Assembly: GCA_963769935.1 (NCBI GenBank)
Contig: CAVYNY010000028.1
Span: forward strand, 1 to 64,000
Direction: 5' to 3'
DNA: 64,000 nt
Origin: an uncultured delta proteobacterium
Lineage (GTDB): Bacteria > Desulfobacterota > Desulfobacteria > Desulfobacterales > JAFDCJ01
Part shown: piece after piece, positions 18,316 to 29,037 of the stretch
Position numbering within the stretch: position 1 is the stretch's first letter
Layout: every line of letters begins with the position of its first letter
Notes under the pieces: generated by a model
The model's database searches: none
What the model was told of the DNA's origin: nothing
What the model saw: only the letters and a program-made list of their open reading frames with translations
Program-made: the position numbers and the translations under genes

Positions 18316-19767
18316 ATGAGCAGAAAAGTACTTGGAATTGATATAAAAAAAGACTCCGTTTCCGCCGTGCTGGTGAAAACCAGCTTGCGTGAAAACCGGA
18401 TCGATGCCCATGCGTACATCCCCCTGCCGGATTCGGCTGAGAATGAAAGCAATTTCAAAACGGCCCTGCCTGCGCTTTGGAATGAGGTTGATCCCGCCGG
18501 CTGCGACTGTGTGGTCTCCATTTCCGCCGATCATTTCTCCTACCGGATTTTACAGGTTCCCTTCAAGGACGCCAAAAAAATCCGGATGGTTCTGCCGTTC
18601 GAGCTGGAGCCCACCGTCCCTTACCCGGTGGATGATCTGGTGCTTGATTTTGTCGATCTACAATCCGCCTGCCAAAGCGATCAAAGCGAGATCATTGCCG
18701 TCGCAATTCCAAGATCGGAACTTTCTCCGTACATCGAATCGCTGGCCGAATTTAAAATAGACCCCGAAATGATAACCATCAGTGGGTTGCCGGCAGCGAT
18801 GTGTCTGGCCAAACAGGGTGATCCGGGCGAAGACCAGCTGTTTTTGGAGATCAGCAATGGGTCCAGCAGCCTGTTTATCATCCGCAATGGCCAGCTGCAA
18901 CTGATCCGATCGTTTCCGAATCCGGCGGCCGCAGACAACCGGGCCGGGATACTGGGTGCCTTCGTCCGACGCACTCTGGCCGCCTATGATGAATTCTGCC
19001 AGACCGAGTTTCAGCCGCGGGATATGGTAGTAACCGGTGCCGGTTTGGATGGTGCCGCCTTCGAAAGCGATGTCTCCGGGGTTTTAAATTTACCGGTCAA
19101 ACGATTAAATTTCGCCGACCGGCTGAACCTCCCCATCAGCAGTGAAAATCTCAAACCCTGGAACCCGGCTCTGATGGACAATGCCCTGGCCCTGACGTTG
19201 ATGGAGATCGAAGGGATAAAAGGACTGAATTTTCATAAGGGTCAATTCGCCGCCAAAAAATTCATTCTGAAAAATAAGAAAGCTGTGATCAGAAGTGGGA
19301 TACTCGCGGCCGCAGTATTGGTATTGTTTCTTTTCGCTGCAATTTCAGAATATTACACGCTAAACCGACAGCTGGGCCGCGTCGACCAGCAAATAACCGC
19401 TATTTTCCAGGAAACGTTTCCGGAGGTAAAGCGGATTGTCGATCCGTATCAGCAAATGCAGGTGAAGCTGCAGGAAGTCAAAAAAAATGCCGTGGTACAA
19501 ACTGCGACGGCGCCTCACATCCGCAGTATCGATATTTTAGACAGTATCAGCAAAAGCATTCCGGAGAGCATTACGGTTGATATAACCCGGATGGTTATCG
19601 CGCCGGACACGGTGCTGATCTCGGGCAACACCGACACCTTCAAATCGGTGGATGATATTAAAAACAGGCTGGAGCAGATTGAATATTTCAAAAAAGTTAC
19701 CATCACCTCCTCCAATACCGACCGGTCCGGCAAAGAGATTCGTTTTCAGTTGAAAGTGGAGTTATAA
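18316..19767 (+). CDS. gspL: type II secretion protein L (PilM/PilN-like)
   Basis: VLGIDI actin-like N-terminus, one TM helix, PilN-like C-terminus. Confidence 0.85.
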   Translation: MSRKVLGIDIKKDSVSAVLVKTSLRENRIDAHAYIPLPDSAENESNFKTALPALWNEVDPAGCDCVVSISADHFSYRILQVPFKDAKKIRMVLPFELEPTVPYPVDDLVLDFVDLQSACQSDQSEIIAVAIPRSELSPYIESLAEFKIDPEMITISGLPAAMCLAKQGDPGEDQLFLEISNGSSSLFIIRNGQLQLIRSFPNPAAADNRAGILGAFVRRTLAAYDEFCQTEFQPRDMVVTGAGLDGAAFESDVSGVLNLPVKRLNFADRLNLPISSENLKPWNPALMDNALALTLMEIEGIKGLNFHKGQFAAKKFILKNKKAVIRSGILAAAVLVLFLFAAISEYYTLNRQLGRVDQQITAIFQETFPEVKRIVDPYQQMQVKLQEVKKNAVVQTATAPHIRSIDILDSISKSIPESITVDITRMVIAPDTVLISGNTDTFKSVDDIKNRLEQIEYFKKVTITSSNTDRSGKEIRFQLKVEL

Positions 19768-19768
19768 A

Positions 19769-20311
19769 ATGACGCTTCTGACAAAATTTAATAAACTCAA
19801 CAAGCGCGAGCGGTATGCAATCATGGCGGCCACCGGGGTCATCAGCATTTTTTTGATTGCCCAATTTATTATCGGACCTCTTTTAGGCCGCACGGAAAAA
19901 AAGAAAAACATGCTGCAGGCCAAAGCCGTTATGGTGGAGCAAATGCGGCAAATGCAAGCCGAATATGAGTCTTTGACGCAAAAAGCGAATATATCCGAGT
20001 CCCGTTTTCGCAATCGGCAAAAGGAATTTACCTTATTCTCGTTTCTGGATCGGTTGGCCGGAGAGGCCGGCATCAAAGACCGCATCAGCTACATGAAACC
20101 ATCTAAAAAGATTGATAAAAATAGTCCCTACAAAATTTCCAGCGTCGAAATGAAGCTTGAGGCAATCACCCTGGAACAATTGACAAATTATTTATATGGT
20201 GTTGAAACTTCCGAAAATATGGTGGACGTCGAAAAAATTTCGATTTCAAAAAAGGACGAAAAGGAAGGACTTCTTACAGCCATTCTGCAGGTGGAGACAA
20301 TTGAAATTTAG
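19769..20311 (+). CDS. gspM: type II secretion protein M
   Basis: LNKRER plus TM, coiled coil, LEQLTNYLY. Confidence 0.85.
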   Translation: MTLLTKFNKLNKRERYAIMAATGVISIFLIAQFIIGPLLGRTEKKKNMLQAKAVMVEQMRQMQAEYESLTQKANISESRFRNRQKEFTLFSFLDRLAGEAGIKDRISYMKPSKKIDKNSPYKISSVEMKLEAITLEQLTNYLYGVETSENMVDVEKISISKKDEKEGLLTAILQVETIEI

Positions 20312-20443
20312 GATTCAGGCTAAGGGATAAAGGCTAAAGGTGGTTGCTGGATACGCGATAATAAGCAGGAATCTTCCTCTTTGATAAATGAATTAACATC
20401 CGTAATTTTAGGCATTTTAGTGCATTTTAGGCATTTTTTTTAA

Positions 20444-21313
20444 ATGAAACCGTCGAAAAAGACATTACTATACACCGCCTACATCATCGGCGTTACCATT
20501 TTTTTTCTGTGGTATCTTTTTCCGTCCGATACACTGAAAGCATATCTGGCCTACCGGTTGACTCAGGGAAGATCCGATGTTACCGTCACAATTGACAGGC
20601 TGAAACCGATTTTACCGCCGGGTATCAAGCTGCTGGATGTCGTCATTGCCCGGCAGAGCAAGACGTTGATCCATCTGGCAAGTCTGAACGTAATGCCCGA
20701 GCTGCGCTCATTGCTCAGCGACAAAACTGTAATAAATTTCAAGAGCCGGGTTTATCAGGGCAGTCTCAGCGGCCGCGTGGAATTGGGCAATGGCCGTCAG
20801 GGAAATGCGATAAAAATCGACGGCAATATTGCAGGCATTCAGGTGCAACAAATATCCGTTTTAAAGCAACTGTCGGAGCATGAAATCTCGGGCGTCCTGG
20901 ACGGAACTTTCATCTATGCTGATACGAGGCCGAATCGGTCGCTATCGGGCAACCTGGCCCTGACAAACTGCCGGATAATGTTGGCCACACCCGTATTCAG
21001 CCAAAAATCTTTTGAATTCAAGAACATTGAAGCCGACTTGACAATGCAGGACAACACGCTGGTCATCAAACAACTCAACGCCAAGGGCAACCAACTGGAC
21101 CTTCACCTGGCCGGCAATGTTGGATTCAATGGGACCGATCCTGCCGAAAACAAGCTGGATCTGACGGGTACCGTAACGCCGCATCATGTATTTCTGGCTA
21201 AAATCGGAAATGATATTCCGGTTGACCTGCTGCGCAACAAGAAGGCCGGCAGCACAGCAATCTCTTTCCGGGTTGACGGAACCATGGATGAACCCGGTTT
21301 TTCGCTGGAATAA
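20444..21313 (+). CDS. gspN: type II secretion protein N
   Basis: N-terminal TM ending YLFP, beta-rich body, C-terminal GTMDEP; operon position. Confidence 0.8.
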   Translation: MKPSKKTLLYTAYIIGVTIFFLWYLFPSDTLKAYLAYRLTQGRSDVTVTIDRLKPILPPGIKLLDVVIARQSKTLIHLASLNVMPELRSLLSDKTVINFKSRVYQGSLSGRVELGNGRQGNAIKIDGNIAGIQVQQISVLKQLSEHEISGVLDGTFIYADTRPNRSLSGNLALTNCRIMLATPVFSQKSFEFKNIEADLTMQDNTLVIKQLNAKGNQLDLHLAGNVGFNGTDPAENKLDLTGTVTPHHVFLAKIGNDIPVDLLRNKKAGSTAISFRVDGTMDEPGFSLE

Positions 21314-21406
21314 CCCGCCCTGAAAACAGCCCATTCGGGGTTGTATAGGGCCCTTTAAAAAATTAAAGTTTTATAATGCTTTGACTCCGTTTTATTCGGA
21401 TCCATT

Positions 21407-22300
21407 ATGATTAATCGCTATTTTACAATTGCCAACTTTTTGCTCGTCACAGCGGGAATCTACCTCTGCGTGAGCACGTTTTATACGTTTTTAACAGCAC
21501 GCCTGGATTATGGCATCGCTTCCCGGCTCCCATCCAGCCAGACATCATCGATGCCGGTCGCGTTTTCCAAACCGCCGTTATCCGAATATAAACCAATCAC
21601 CACCCGTAATATTTTCAACTCGAGTACCGGCCAAATCGCCTCTGGTCCGGCAGCCGAGAACGTGGATATCGATAAGCTGAAACAGACCGACTTGAAGTTG
21701 AAGCTTTGGGGTACTGTAACCGGGCAGGACGAACGGGCGTATGCGGTGATCGAAGATACCAAGACCAGAGAACAAAATCTGTACCGGGCCGGGGATTCCA
21801 TCCAAAATGCGGTCGTTAAATTGATTTTGCGGGAAAAAGTGGTTTTGCGGGTCAATGATCAGGACGAAATCCTGGCCATGGAAGAAGTCAGCGAAAGCAA
21901 AAGCGGCCCGGGAGCGGCGGTACGCAGGGACCTCTCCGCGCTGGGTACGGCACCGCCCAAACTGCCGGTTTCGAGCTATCCGCGCAAAATCAGGCTGCAG
22001 GGTGAGCAGATTCAACAGGCAATGGGAAATCTGGGGCAGCTGATGGAACAGGCGCAGCTGAGACCGCATATCGAAAACGGTCAGCCTGACGGCATTTCCA
22101 TAACCGGCATCAAGCCTAACGCCATATTTAGAAAGATGAGGTTGAGAAACGGTGATGTCATAACCGGTGTCAACGGCAATGGAATCGAATCCGTGGAAGA
22201 TGCCGTCAAAGCTGTCGAGCAGTTATCGTCGGGATCGAATATCCAGCTTCAGATTAAACGCCGCGGACGCGAGCAAACCCTTGACTATACCATAGAATAG
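21407..22300 (+). CDS. gspC: type II secretion protein C with PDZ domain
   Basis: TM, LKLWGTV HR domain, LRNGDVITGVNG PDZ. Confidence 0.9.
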   Translation: MINRYFTIANFLLVTAGIYLCVSTFYTFLTARLDYGIASRLPSSQTSSMPVAFSKPPLSEYKPITTRNIFNSSTGQIASGPAAENVDIDKLKQTDLKLKLWGTVTGQDERAYAVIEDTKTREQNLYRAGDSIQNAVVKLILREKVVLRVNDQDEILAMEEVSESKSGPGAAVRRDLSALGTAPPKLPVSSYPRKIRLQGEQIQQAMGNLGQLMEQAQLRPHIENGQPDGISITGIKPNAIFRKMRLRNGDVITGVNGNGIESVEDAVKAVEQLSSGSNIQLQIKRRGREQTLDYTIE

Positions 22301-22316
22301 CAAAGGCTATATTTTT

Positions 22317-24371
22317 ATGTCTGCTTCTTTTTCGATTTTCAGAACTCCTCTGAAACTTGCCAACGTGCCGGCTAAATATATCCTGGTGCCGCTGGTTACG
22401 CTGTTAATGGTGGCGCTGACGGCCAACTTGAGCCCGGCCCAGACCACCGCCAAATCCGATTCCGGCGCTCAACCGGGCTCTGCCAAGAATTCGGAGCAAT
22501 ATGTTTCGATTGATTTTAACAACGTCGATATCAATGTGTTTATCAAATTCATGAGCGAGCTGACCGGAACCAACTTCGTGGTTGATCAACGGGTTAGAGG
22601 CAAGGTTACAATCATATCCCCTTCGAAAATTTCTTTGAACGAGGCCTATAAGGTATTCGAATCGGTGCTGGAGGTCCACGGCTACACCACCGTAAAGGCC
22701 GGCGAAGTGGTAAAAATTATTCCTGCACCGGACGCGCGCTCAAAAAATATTGAAACCAAACTGAAAGAGGAAGCTTCGAGTCCTGAAGATAAAATCGTCA
22801 CCCAGCTGATTCCCTTACAGTTTGCCGACCCGGTTGAAATCAAGCGCCTGTTTACACCGATGGTTTCCAAAAGCAGCGTGATCCTGGCTTACTCACCGAC
22901 CAATACCCTGATCATCACGGATGTGTATTCAAACATCAAGCGCCTGTTGAAAATTCTTAAAGAAATCGATGTTACCGGCATCGGCCAGTTGATATCCGTG
23001 ATTCCGCTGGAGTATGCCGAAGCAACCAAGCTGGTCAATCTGTTGAGTACGGTTTTCAAGCCGGCGCGTAAAAAAGGCAAAGGGGCCGAGGAACCCGACA
23101 TTACCATGGTGGCCGATGAGAGAACCAATACCATCGTATTGCTGGCCAGCGAGATCGACAGCCAGAGAATCAAAAAACTGATTGCCATGGTAGACAAGGA
23201 AACGCCGCGCGGCAAGGGCAAGATTCAGGTTTATTATTGCAAACATGCCACCGCCGAGGAGCTGGCCAAAGTCCTGCAGGAATTGCCGACCGACCAGGCC
23301 GGCGGCGCTGCCAAAGCCAAGCCCGGCCCGGTGGTGTCCGGCAAAGTCAGAATCTCCGCCGACAAAGCCACCAACAGCCTGATTATCATGGCCGACAAGG
23401 AAGACTATCTGGTGTTGGAAGATGTCATTCAAAAACTCGATATACCCAGATCCATGGTTTACATCGAATCCCTGATCATGGAAGTCGATATGAACACGAG
23501 TCTGAATATCGGAATCGACTGGTCCGTCTTCGGCCAGACCACGATTGACGGCAAGCAAACCTTAATTGGCGGCGGGTTCAGAAACGGTTTTGTCCAGCCG
23601 TCGGAATTGTTGCAAGGCGGTCTGACGGTCGGCTTGCTGTCCGAGCCGATTAGTATCGCCGGAATCGACGTCTCTAATATTTCAGCCATCATCAATGCCG
23701 TTAAAACCGATGATGATTTTCGCATCCTTTCCACACCCCAGATACTGACCACCGACAACGAGGAAGCCAGAATCACGGTGGGTGAAAACCGGCCCTACCA
23801 GACCCGCGCCACCACTGATGTATCCGGCGGTACCTTCGAGTCGTTTGAATACCGGGATGTCGGCAAAATATTGAAGATAACCCCGCACGTCACAGAAGGC
23901 CGTCTGGTCCGCATGCAGATCAGCCTTGAAGTTACCTCTATCGATCAAAGAGCGACCCTCACGACCTCATCGACCCTGCCGGTAACATTAAAACGCACGG
24001 TGGATACCACCGTTATCGTCAAAGACCAGCAGACAGTGGTTATCGGCGGACTGATTGATGATTCGACGACCAAGAGTGAAAATAAAGTCCCGGTTTTGGC
24101 CGACGTCCCGCTGCTGGGCTGGCTGTTTAAAAAGAAGAATGATGAAGACACGAAAACCAACCTTTACATCTTTCTAACCCCCAGGGTAATCAAAAATCCG
24201 GCGGAAGCCTCAGGTATACTCCAGCAGAAGCAAAAGGAGATGAGCACGATTAAGGAAGGTGAGTTTAAATTCAATGAAAAGCAGCCGGGAGAACAGCCAG
24301 CGTCAAAAACGATTCCCGGGCCGATTCAGGAACCTAGCAGCGTGGCGCCCAGAGTGGTCGAACCCCGCTGA
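22317..24371 (+). CDS. gspD: type II secretion secretin
   Basis: IDFNNVDI, N-domain repeats, STPQILTTDNEEA, VPVLADVPLLGWLF. Confidence 0.96.
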   Translation: MSASFSIFRTPLKLANVPAKYILVPLVTLLMVALTANLSPAQTTAKSDSGAQPGSAKNSEQYVSIDFNNVDINVFIKFMSELTGTNFVVDQRVRGKVTIISPSKISLNEAYKVFESVLEVHGYTTVKAGEVVKIIPAPDARSKNIETKLKEEASSPEDKIVTQLIPLQFADPVEIKRLFTPMVSKSSVILAYSPTNTLIITDVYSNIKRLLKILKEIDVTGIGQLISVIPLEYAEATKLVNLLSTVFKPARKKGKGAEEPDITMVADERTNTIVLLASEIDSQRIKKLIAMVDKETPRGKGKIQVYYCKHATAEELAKVLQELPTDQAGGAAKAKPGPVVSGKVRISADKATNSLIIMADKEDYLVLEDVIQKLDIPRSMVYIESLIMEVDMNTSLNIGIDWSVFGQTTIDGKQTLIGGGFRNGFVQPSELLQGGLTVGLLSEPISIAGIDVSNISAIINAVKTDDDFRILSTPQILTTDNEEARITVGENRPYQTRATTDVSGGTFESFEYRDVGKILKITPHVTEGRLVRMQISLEVTSIDQRATLTTSSTLPVTLKRTVDTTVIVKDQQTVVIGGLIDDSTTKSENKVPVLADVPLLGWLFKKKNDEDTKTNLYIFLTPRVIKNPAEASGILQQKQKEMSTIKEGEFKFNEKQPGEQPASKTIPGPIQEPSSVAPRVVEPR

Positions 24372-24374
24372 AAG

Positions 24375-24578
24375 AATGAATATTGAAAAATGAAGATTGA
24401 AAATTTAAGGCATTCTATCATCTTATTTTTCAGGTTTATTCAATCATTGATCTTTCAGCAGTCATAACAACGTTTATAGAGGTCATGACGGTGAATTAGA
24501 GCTGATTCAATTAGGAATCAGGTATCAAAATTAAATCGATAGCATTCAACAATTATTCAATAGTCAATAGTCAATAGA
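24375..24578. repeat. ~200-bp element with ATTGAA/TCAAT heptamer arms
   Basis: Left arm ...attgaaaatttaaggcattctatcat matches the reverse complement of 14542-14590; right arm ttcaatagtcaatagtcaatag. Confidence 0.7.
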
Positions 24579-24585
24579 CATTATC

Positions 24586-26346
24586 ATGGGAACCCATTTA
24601 GCAGAAATCCTTGTCGACAACCACGGCCTCAATGAAGAAGATCTGACCGAAGCCCAGCGCCTCCGGCGGGAAAAAGGCGGGCGCATCGCCGATATTTTAA
24701 TTCAGCAGAAAAACATTTCCGAAACCCAGCTGCTGGAAGCCCTGAGTGTCCAGTACGATCTGCCCTATTGGCCGAAACTGCCGCTGGAAATTTTAGAGTC
24801 CGACTTTACTGAAAAAATACCGATTCAGTTTTTAAAAAAATACTTTATGGTACCGCTGCAGTACGAGAACCCCATAACCGCTGCCGCCTGCGGACTGGTG
24901 CCGCCGAATTCGGCCGAATCCGAGAAGCAGGTGGCGCCGTCCGGATTTGTCCTGGCCGTTAACGACCCGTTAAGCTTCCACGCCCTGGACGACCTGGTGC
25001 GGCTTCTGAAGTTGACCGACTTTAAACTGGTGCTGACCGACCGGGATTCCATCCTATCGGCCATCAATTTGCAATATGATCTACGGCGGGATTCAGCCCA
25101 GCAGCTGGTTCAGGACATGGAAGAAAACGGCAGCGATATCATCCACGAGATAGAAGAGACCGCCGATCTGCTGGACGACACCAGCGAAGCCCCGATTATC
25201 AAACTGGTCAACCACATTATTTCCCAATCCATCAAAGCCCGTGCCAGTGATATTCACATCGAACCCTATCAGCAAAGTTTCACGGTGCGCTATCGGGTCG
25301 ACGGCATCCTGTATGATTTGCTGACCCCGCCTAAATGGATCCAACCGGCCCTGATCTCCAGAATCAAGGTTATGGCTAAAATGAACATTGCGGAAAAGCG
25401 CCTGCCCCAGGATGGACGCTTTGAGGTCAAAGTCGGGGACCAGAACATCGACCTGCGCGTATCCACGATTCCGACCGCCTTCGGGGAGCGCGTGGTGCTC
25501 AGGCTGCTGAACAAATCGGGATCTCTGCTGGAATTAAAGGATATCGGGTTAAGCCCCGCACGGCTGAAACTCATAAAAGAACTGGTGACCTCGCCCAACG
25601 GCATCATCCTGGTTACCGGACCGACCGGCAGCGGCAAAACGACTAGCCTGTATGCTATTTTGCAGTCCATCAACAAAGCGGATATTAACATTATCACGAT
25701 CGAGGACCCCGTTGAATATCAAATAAAAGGGATCAGTCAGATCCAGGTCAATCCCAAAATTGATTTGACCTTTGCCAGAGGGCTGCGATCCATAGTCCGC
25801 CAGGACCCGGATGTGATTCTGGTTGGTGAGATTCGTGACCACGAAACCGCCGAAATCGCCGTTCAATCGGCCCTGACCGGGCATCTGGTGTTTTCCACCC
25901 TCCACACCAATGATTCGGCCAGTGCAATTACCCGCTTGGTGGATATGGGCGTCGAACCCTTTTTGATTTCATCCTCGGTTCTGGCTGTGGTGGCGCAACG
26001 TCTGTTGCGCGTCCTGTGCAGTAATTGCAAAAAGGCCTACAAACCAAGCACGGTATACCTGAACAGCATCGGTCTTTCACCCGCGCATTTCAAAGAAACC
26101 CACATTTATAAAGCCGTTGGGTGTGAGAAATGCATTAACACCGGCTATAGTGGACGCTTGGGAATTTTTGAGATAATGGTGCTGACTGAAAGGTTAAAAG
26201 GCCTGATTCTGGAGACTTTTGATTCAAACAGAATTAAAAGTGAGGCCGTCAAGGAGAAAATGAGGTCACTGCGCCAGGACGGCCTCCAGAAAGTACTAAA
26301 CGGTGTGACGACCATCGAGGAAGTGCTGCGGGTGACGCAGAAATAA
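24586..26346 (+). CDS. gspE: type II secretion ATPase
   Basis: ASDIHIEP, GPTGSGKT, RQDPDVILVGEIRD, tetra-Cys motif. Confidence 0.96.
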   Translation: MGTHLAEILVDNHGLNEEDLTEAQRLRREKGGRIADILIQQKNISETQLLEALSVQYDLPYWPKLPLEILESDFTEKIPIQFLKKYFMVPLQYENPITAAACGLVPPNSAESEKQVAPSGFVLAVNDPLSFHALDDLVRLLKLTDFKLVLTDRDSILSAINLQYDLRRDSAQQLVQDMEENGSDIIHEIEETADLLDDTSEAPIIKLVNHIISQSIKARASDIHIEPYQQSFTVRYRVDGILYDLLTPPKWIQPALISRIKVMAKMNIAEKRLPQDGRFEVKVGDQNIDLRVSTIPTAFGERVVLRLLNKSGSLLELKDIGLSPARLKLIKELVTSPNGIILVTGPTGSGKTTSLYAILQSINKADINIITIEDPVEYQIKGISQIQVNPKIDLTFARGLRSIVRQDPDVILVGEIRDHETAEIAVQSALTGHLVFSTLHTNDSASAITRLVDMGVEPFLISSSVLAVVAQRLLRVLCSNCKKAYKPSTVYLNSIGLSPAHFKETHIYKAVGCEKCINTGYSGRLGIFEIMVLTERLKGLILETFDSNRIKSEAVKEKMRSLRQDGLQKVLNGVTTIEEVLRVTQK

Positions 26347-26446
26347 CGTAGAGGCTGACGCCTCTAAGAGTTCACGAAAGAATTGGTTCACAATTTTAGG
26401 CGTTCGGGCGGCGTATAAAATGTGAAGTTATTTTTGAGTGAGCCCT

Positions 26447-26845
26447 AAGTTCATAGTAGTCATAGTCATAGTCATAGTTCAAAGCTCATAGTTCCATAGT
26501 TCATAGTTCATAGTTAAAAAAAGCTGTTAGAGTCTTTATTGTGAATCCTTTGCATTTTATGCAATCTGCCTTGGCCGCGGATCACCACGAAAACCCGAAA
26601 TTTTGTTCTTTTTAGTTCTCCGCCTCCGGCGGATCCGTTTGAGTTTTCCGCATCTCAATTTGAATTGGTTTCGCTCAATTTAGAAATTCTGCAGTCCGCT
26701 TCAATTTTACGCATCCAATCTATGACTTCTGACCATCAGCTTGTGTCTTCTTCTGTCCTCAGTCTTCTGTCTCCCGTCCTCCTAAACTATGAACTATCAG
26801 CTATCAGCTATGAGCTCTATTTCTGTCCTTTGCCATCTGTCATCA
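26447..26845. repeat. inverted 6/7-mer repeat arms (GTTCATA / CTATGAA-CTATCAG) between convergent genes
   Basis: 26447-26515 versus 26785-26817; 26787-26844 is nearly duplicated at 45091-45148. Confidence 0.75.
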
Positions 26846-28933
26846 GGCGGCTTCCTGAACAGGCACCGGTGATGCTTCCAGCTTCGGGGTGCGCGGCCGC
26901 TGCAGGATATAGATCAGACCGAAGACGGCCATGCCGATCAGATAGGTCCAGTAGCGCTGGCCGTAGGGCAGGCCTATCCAACCCGCGATCAGGCCCGGCC
27001 GCATTAAGTTCAGGGTCACGAACAGAAACAGCGGAATTTCATAGAATCTGTTTTTAGTCACAAACCAGCCCTGGGTGGCAGACGCAAAGGCAAAATTTCC
27101 GAAACACGCCATCCCAAAAATCAACAAGCCCTGAGGCCAGCTGTTGATATTATGCAAAATTAAATCCGAATTGAAAATAAACATAAACGGTAAAATGGCG
27201 GTCCGGATGTCATACATGAATCCCTGCAGGCCGGTCGGAATCGGCGGTGATTTGGCAATGGCCGCCGCCGCATAGGCAGCCAGTCCCACCGGCGGCGTAT
27301 CGTCGGCCAGAATCCCGAAGTAAAAGCAGTACAGATGGGCCGCCATCAGCGGCACCACAAAATCCATGTACGCCCCGACTTCGACAATGACCGGGGCCGT
27401 CAGGGAAGCCATCACGATGTAGGTGGCCGTTGTGGGCAGCCCCATGCCGATAATCAGACTGGCAATGGCCGTAATAATCAGCAGCAGATAAATATTGCCT
27501 CCGGAAAGAACGTCAATGACCTCGGTAATCAGGCCGCCAAGCCCCATGGCCACGACCCCGACGATAATGCCGGCCGCGGCGGTGGCCAGGGCAACCGAGC
27601 ACATGTTGCGGGCCCCGCCGGCCATGGCTGAAAATATTTGGACAATGCTGGTCTTGATGGCCGGAATAATGGGCTCATTTTTTAAATAAGCTTTGACCGG
27701 ATTCTGCAGCAGCATGATGACCGCCATCACCCAGATAGCATTAAACGCAGCCAGCTCCGGCGAGTGGCGCACAATGATCAGCTCATAGAGCAGCATGACA
27801 ATCGGGATCAGAAAATGCGCACCACCGACCAGGGTCCTGAAAAAAAGCGGCAATTCGCTGCGCGGCAACCCTTGCAGTCCCAGCTTGGAGGCTTCGATGT
27901 GGGTGATGTAAAAAAGCGCCGCATAGGAGGCAAAGGCCGGTATGGCAGCCGCTTTGATCACATCGACATAGGGCACATTCACATACTCGGCGATGATGAA
28001 GGCGGCCGCACCCATAATCGGAGGCATCAGCTGTCCGTCGGTGCTGGCGGCCACCTCGATTGCGGCCGCCTTTTTGGCCGGATAGCCCACTTTTTTCATC
28101 AGCGGGATGGTAAATGTTCCGGTGGTGACGATGTTGGCGATGCTCGAGCCCGATACCAGACCCGTCAGCCCGCTGCCCACGACGGCCGCCTTGGCAGGTC
28201 CCCCCTTGAAGCCGCCCAAAATGCTCAAGGCCAGCTGGATAAAGTAGCGGCCGGCTCCGGCCTTTTCCAGCATGGCGCCGAAGAGCACAAACAGAAAAAC
28301 AATGGTGGCGGACACATCCAGCGGAATGCCGTAAATACCCTCGGTGGACATGGTGATCTGGCCCATGAACCGGGACAGGGAAACCCCTTTAAAGGCAATC
28401 ACATCCGGCATGTAGGGCCCGAAGAAAGCGTAAACACAGAAAAAAAACGCTATGACCGACAGGGCCGGGCCGATAACCCGCCGCGCGGCTTCCAGCAGCA
28501 ACACCAGCAGGATCAGTCCGATAACGATATCGCGGGTGATGGGGGCGCCGGCCCGGTGCGTCACTCCGTAATAGTCTACGGCTATGTAAACAGCCGAAAA
28601 ACAGGCAATGACCGCAATCACGAAATCCCAGGGGGGGATGCGATCCTTGATGGAGAGAAATTTAAGTCCCAGCCGGGTCTGCTTGAAAACGGGGTAGTTC
28701 AAATAGACGATCAGCATGGCAAATCCGAGATGAATGGAACGGATAAAGACCGTATCCAGAATCCACCAGCTGGCAATGGAAAGCTGAAAGAAACTCCAGA
28801 TGACACCAATAACCGGTATTACCCATTTGGCAGGTCCGAGCGGCCTTCGAACAACCCCCTCTTCCTCTTCGGCCATCTTCCTGGCGACTTCAAGCCCTCC
28901 ATCTTTTTGCTTTGAATCATGATTATCGGCCAT
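26843..28933 (-). CDS. TRAP transporter fused 4TM/12TM permease
   Basis: GGPAKAAVV, SGSSIANIVTTGTFTIP, MPPIMGAAAF, TPPVGLAAY. Confidence 0.95.
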   Translation of the reverse strand: MADNHDSKQKDGGLEVARKMAEEEEGVVRRPLGPAKWVIPVIGVIWSFFQLSIASWWILDTVFIRSIHLGFAMLIVYLNYPVFKQTRLGLKFLSIKDRIPPWDFVIAVIACFSAVYIAVDYYGVTHRAGAPITRDIVIGLILLVLLLEAARRVIGPALSVIAFFFCVYAFFGPYMPDVIAFKGVSLSRFMGQITMSTEGIYGIPLDVSATIVFLFVLFGAMLEKAGAGRYFIQLALSILGGFKGGPAKAAVVGSGLTGLVSGSSIANIVTTGTFTIPLMKKVGYPAKKAAAIEVAASTDGQLMPPIMGAAAFIIAEYVNVPYVDVIKAAAIPAFASYAALFYITHIEASKLGLQGLPRSELPLFFRTLVGGAHFLIPIVMLLYELIIVRHSPELAAFNAIWVMAVIMLLQNPVKAYLKNEPIIPAIKTSIVQIFSAMAGGARNMCSVALATAAAGIIVGVVAMGLGGLITEVIDVLSGGNIYLLLIITAIASLIIGMGLPTTATYIVMASLTAPVIVEVGAYMDFVVPLMAAHLYCFYFGILADDTPPVGLAAYAAAAIAKSPPIPTGLQGFMYDIRTAILPFMFIFNSDLILHNINSWPQGLLIFGMACFGNFAFASATQGWFVTKNRFYEIPLFLFVTLNLMRPGLIAGWIGLPYGQRYWTYLIGMAVFGLIYILQRPRTPKLEASPVPVQEAA

Positions 28934-29037
28934 TGGTTTTACCTAATTACTCGTTGGGACGGACAACGCATCCGGGGGCATTCGGGCCGGGAGCGGCAGC
29001 AGCCTGAAGCCGCTGCCCCTCTGCCTTTTTTGAACTG

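Noticed and set aside
26447..26845. Possible CRISPR array
   Set aside because: Units are 6-8 bp tandem repeats without 25-45-bp repeats, unique spacers or cas genes; the same holds for the other tracts
27764..28915. 383-aa plus-strand ORF (also 29083-29778, 22929-23558, 37269-37961)
   Set aside because: Antisense shadows of well-supported genes in GC-rich coding DNA; no motifs
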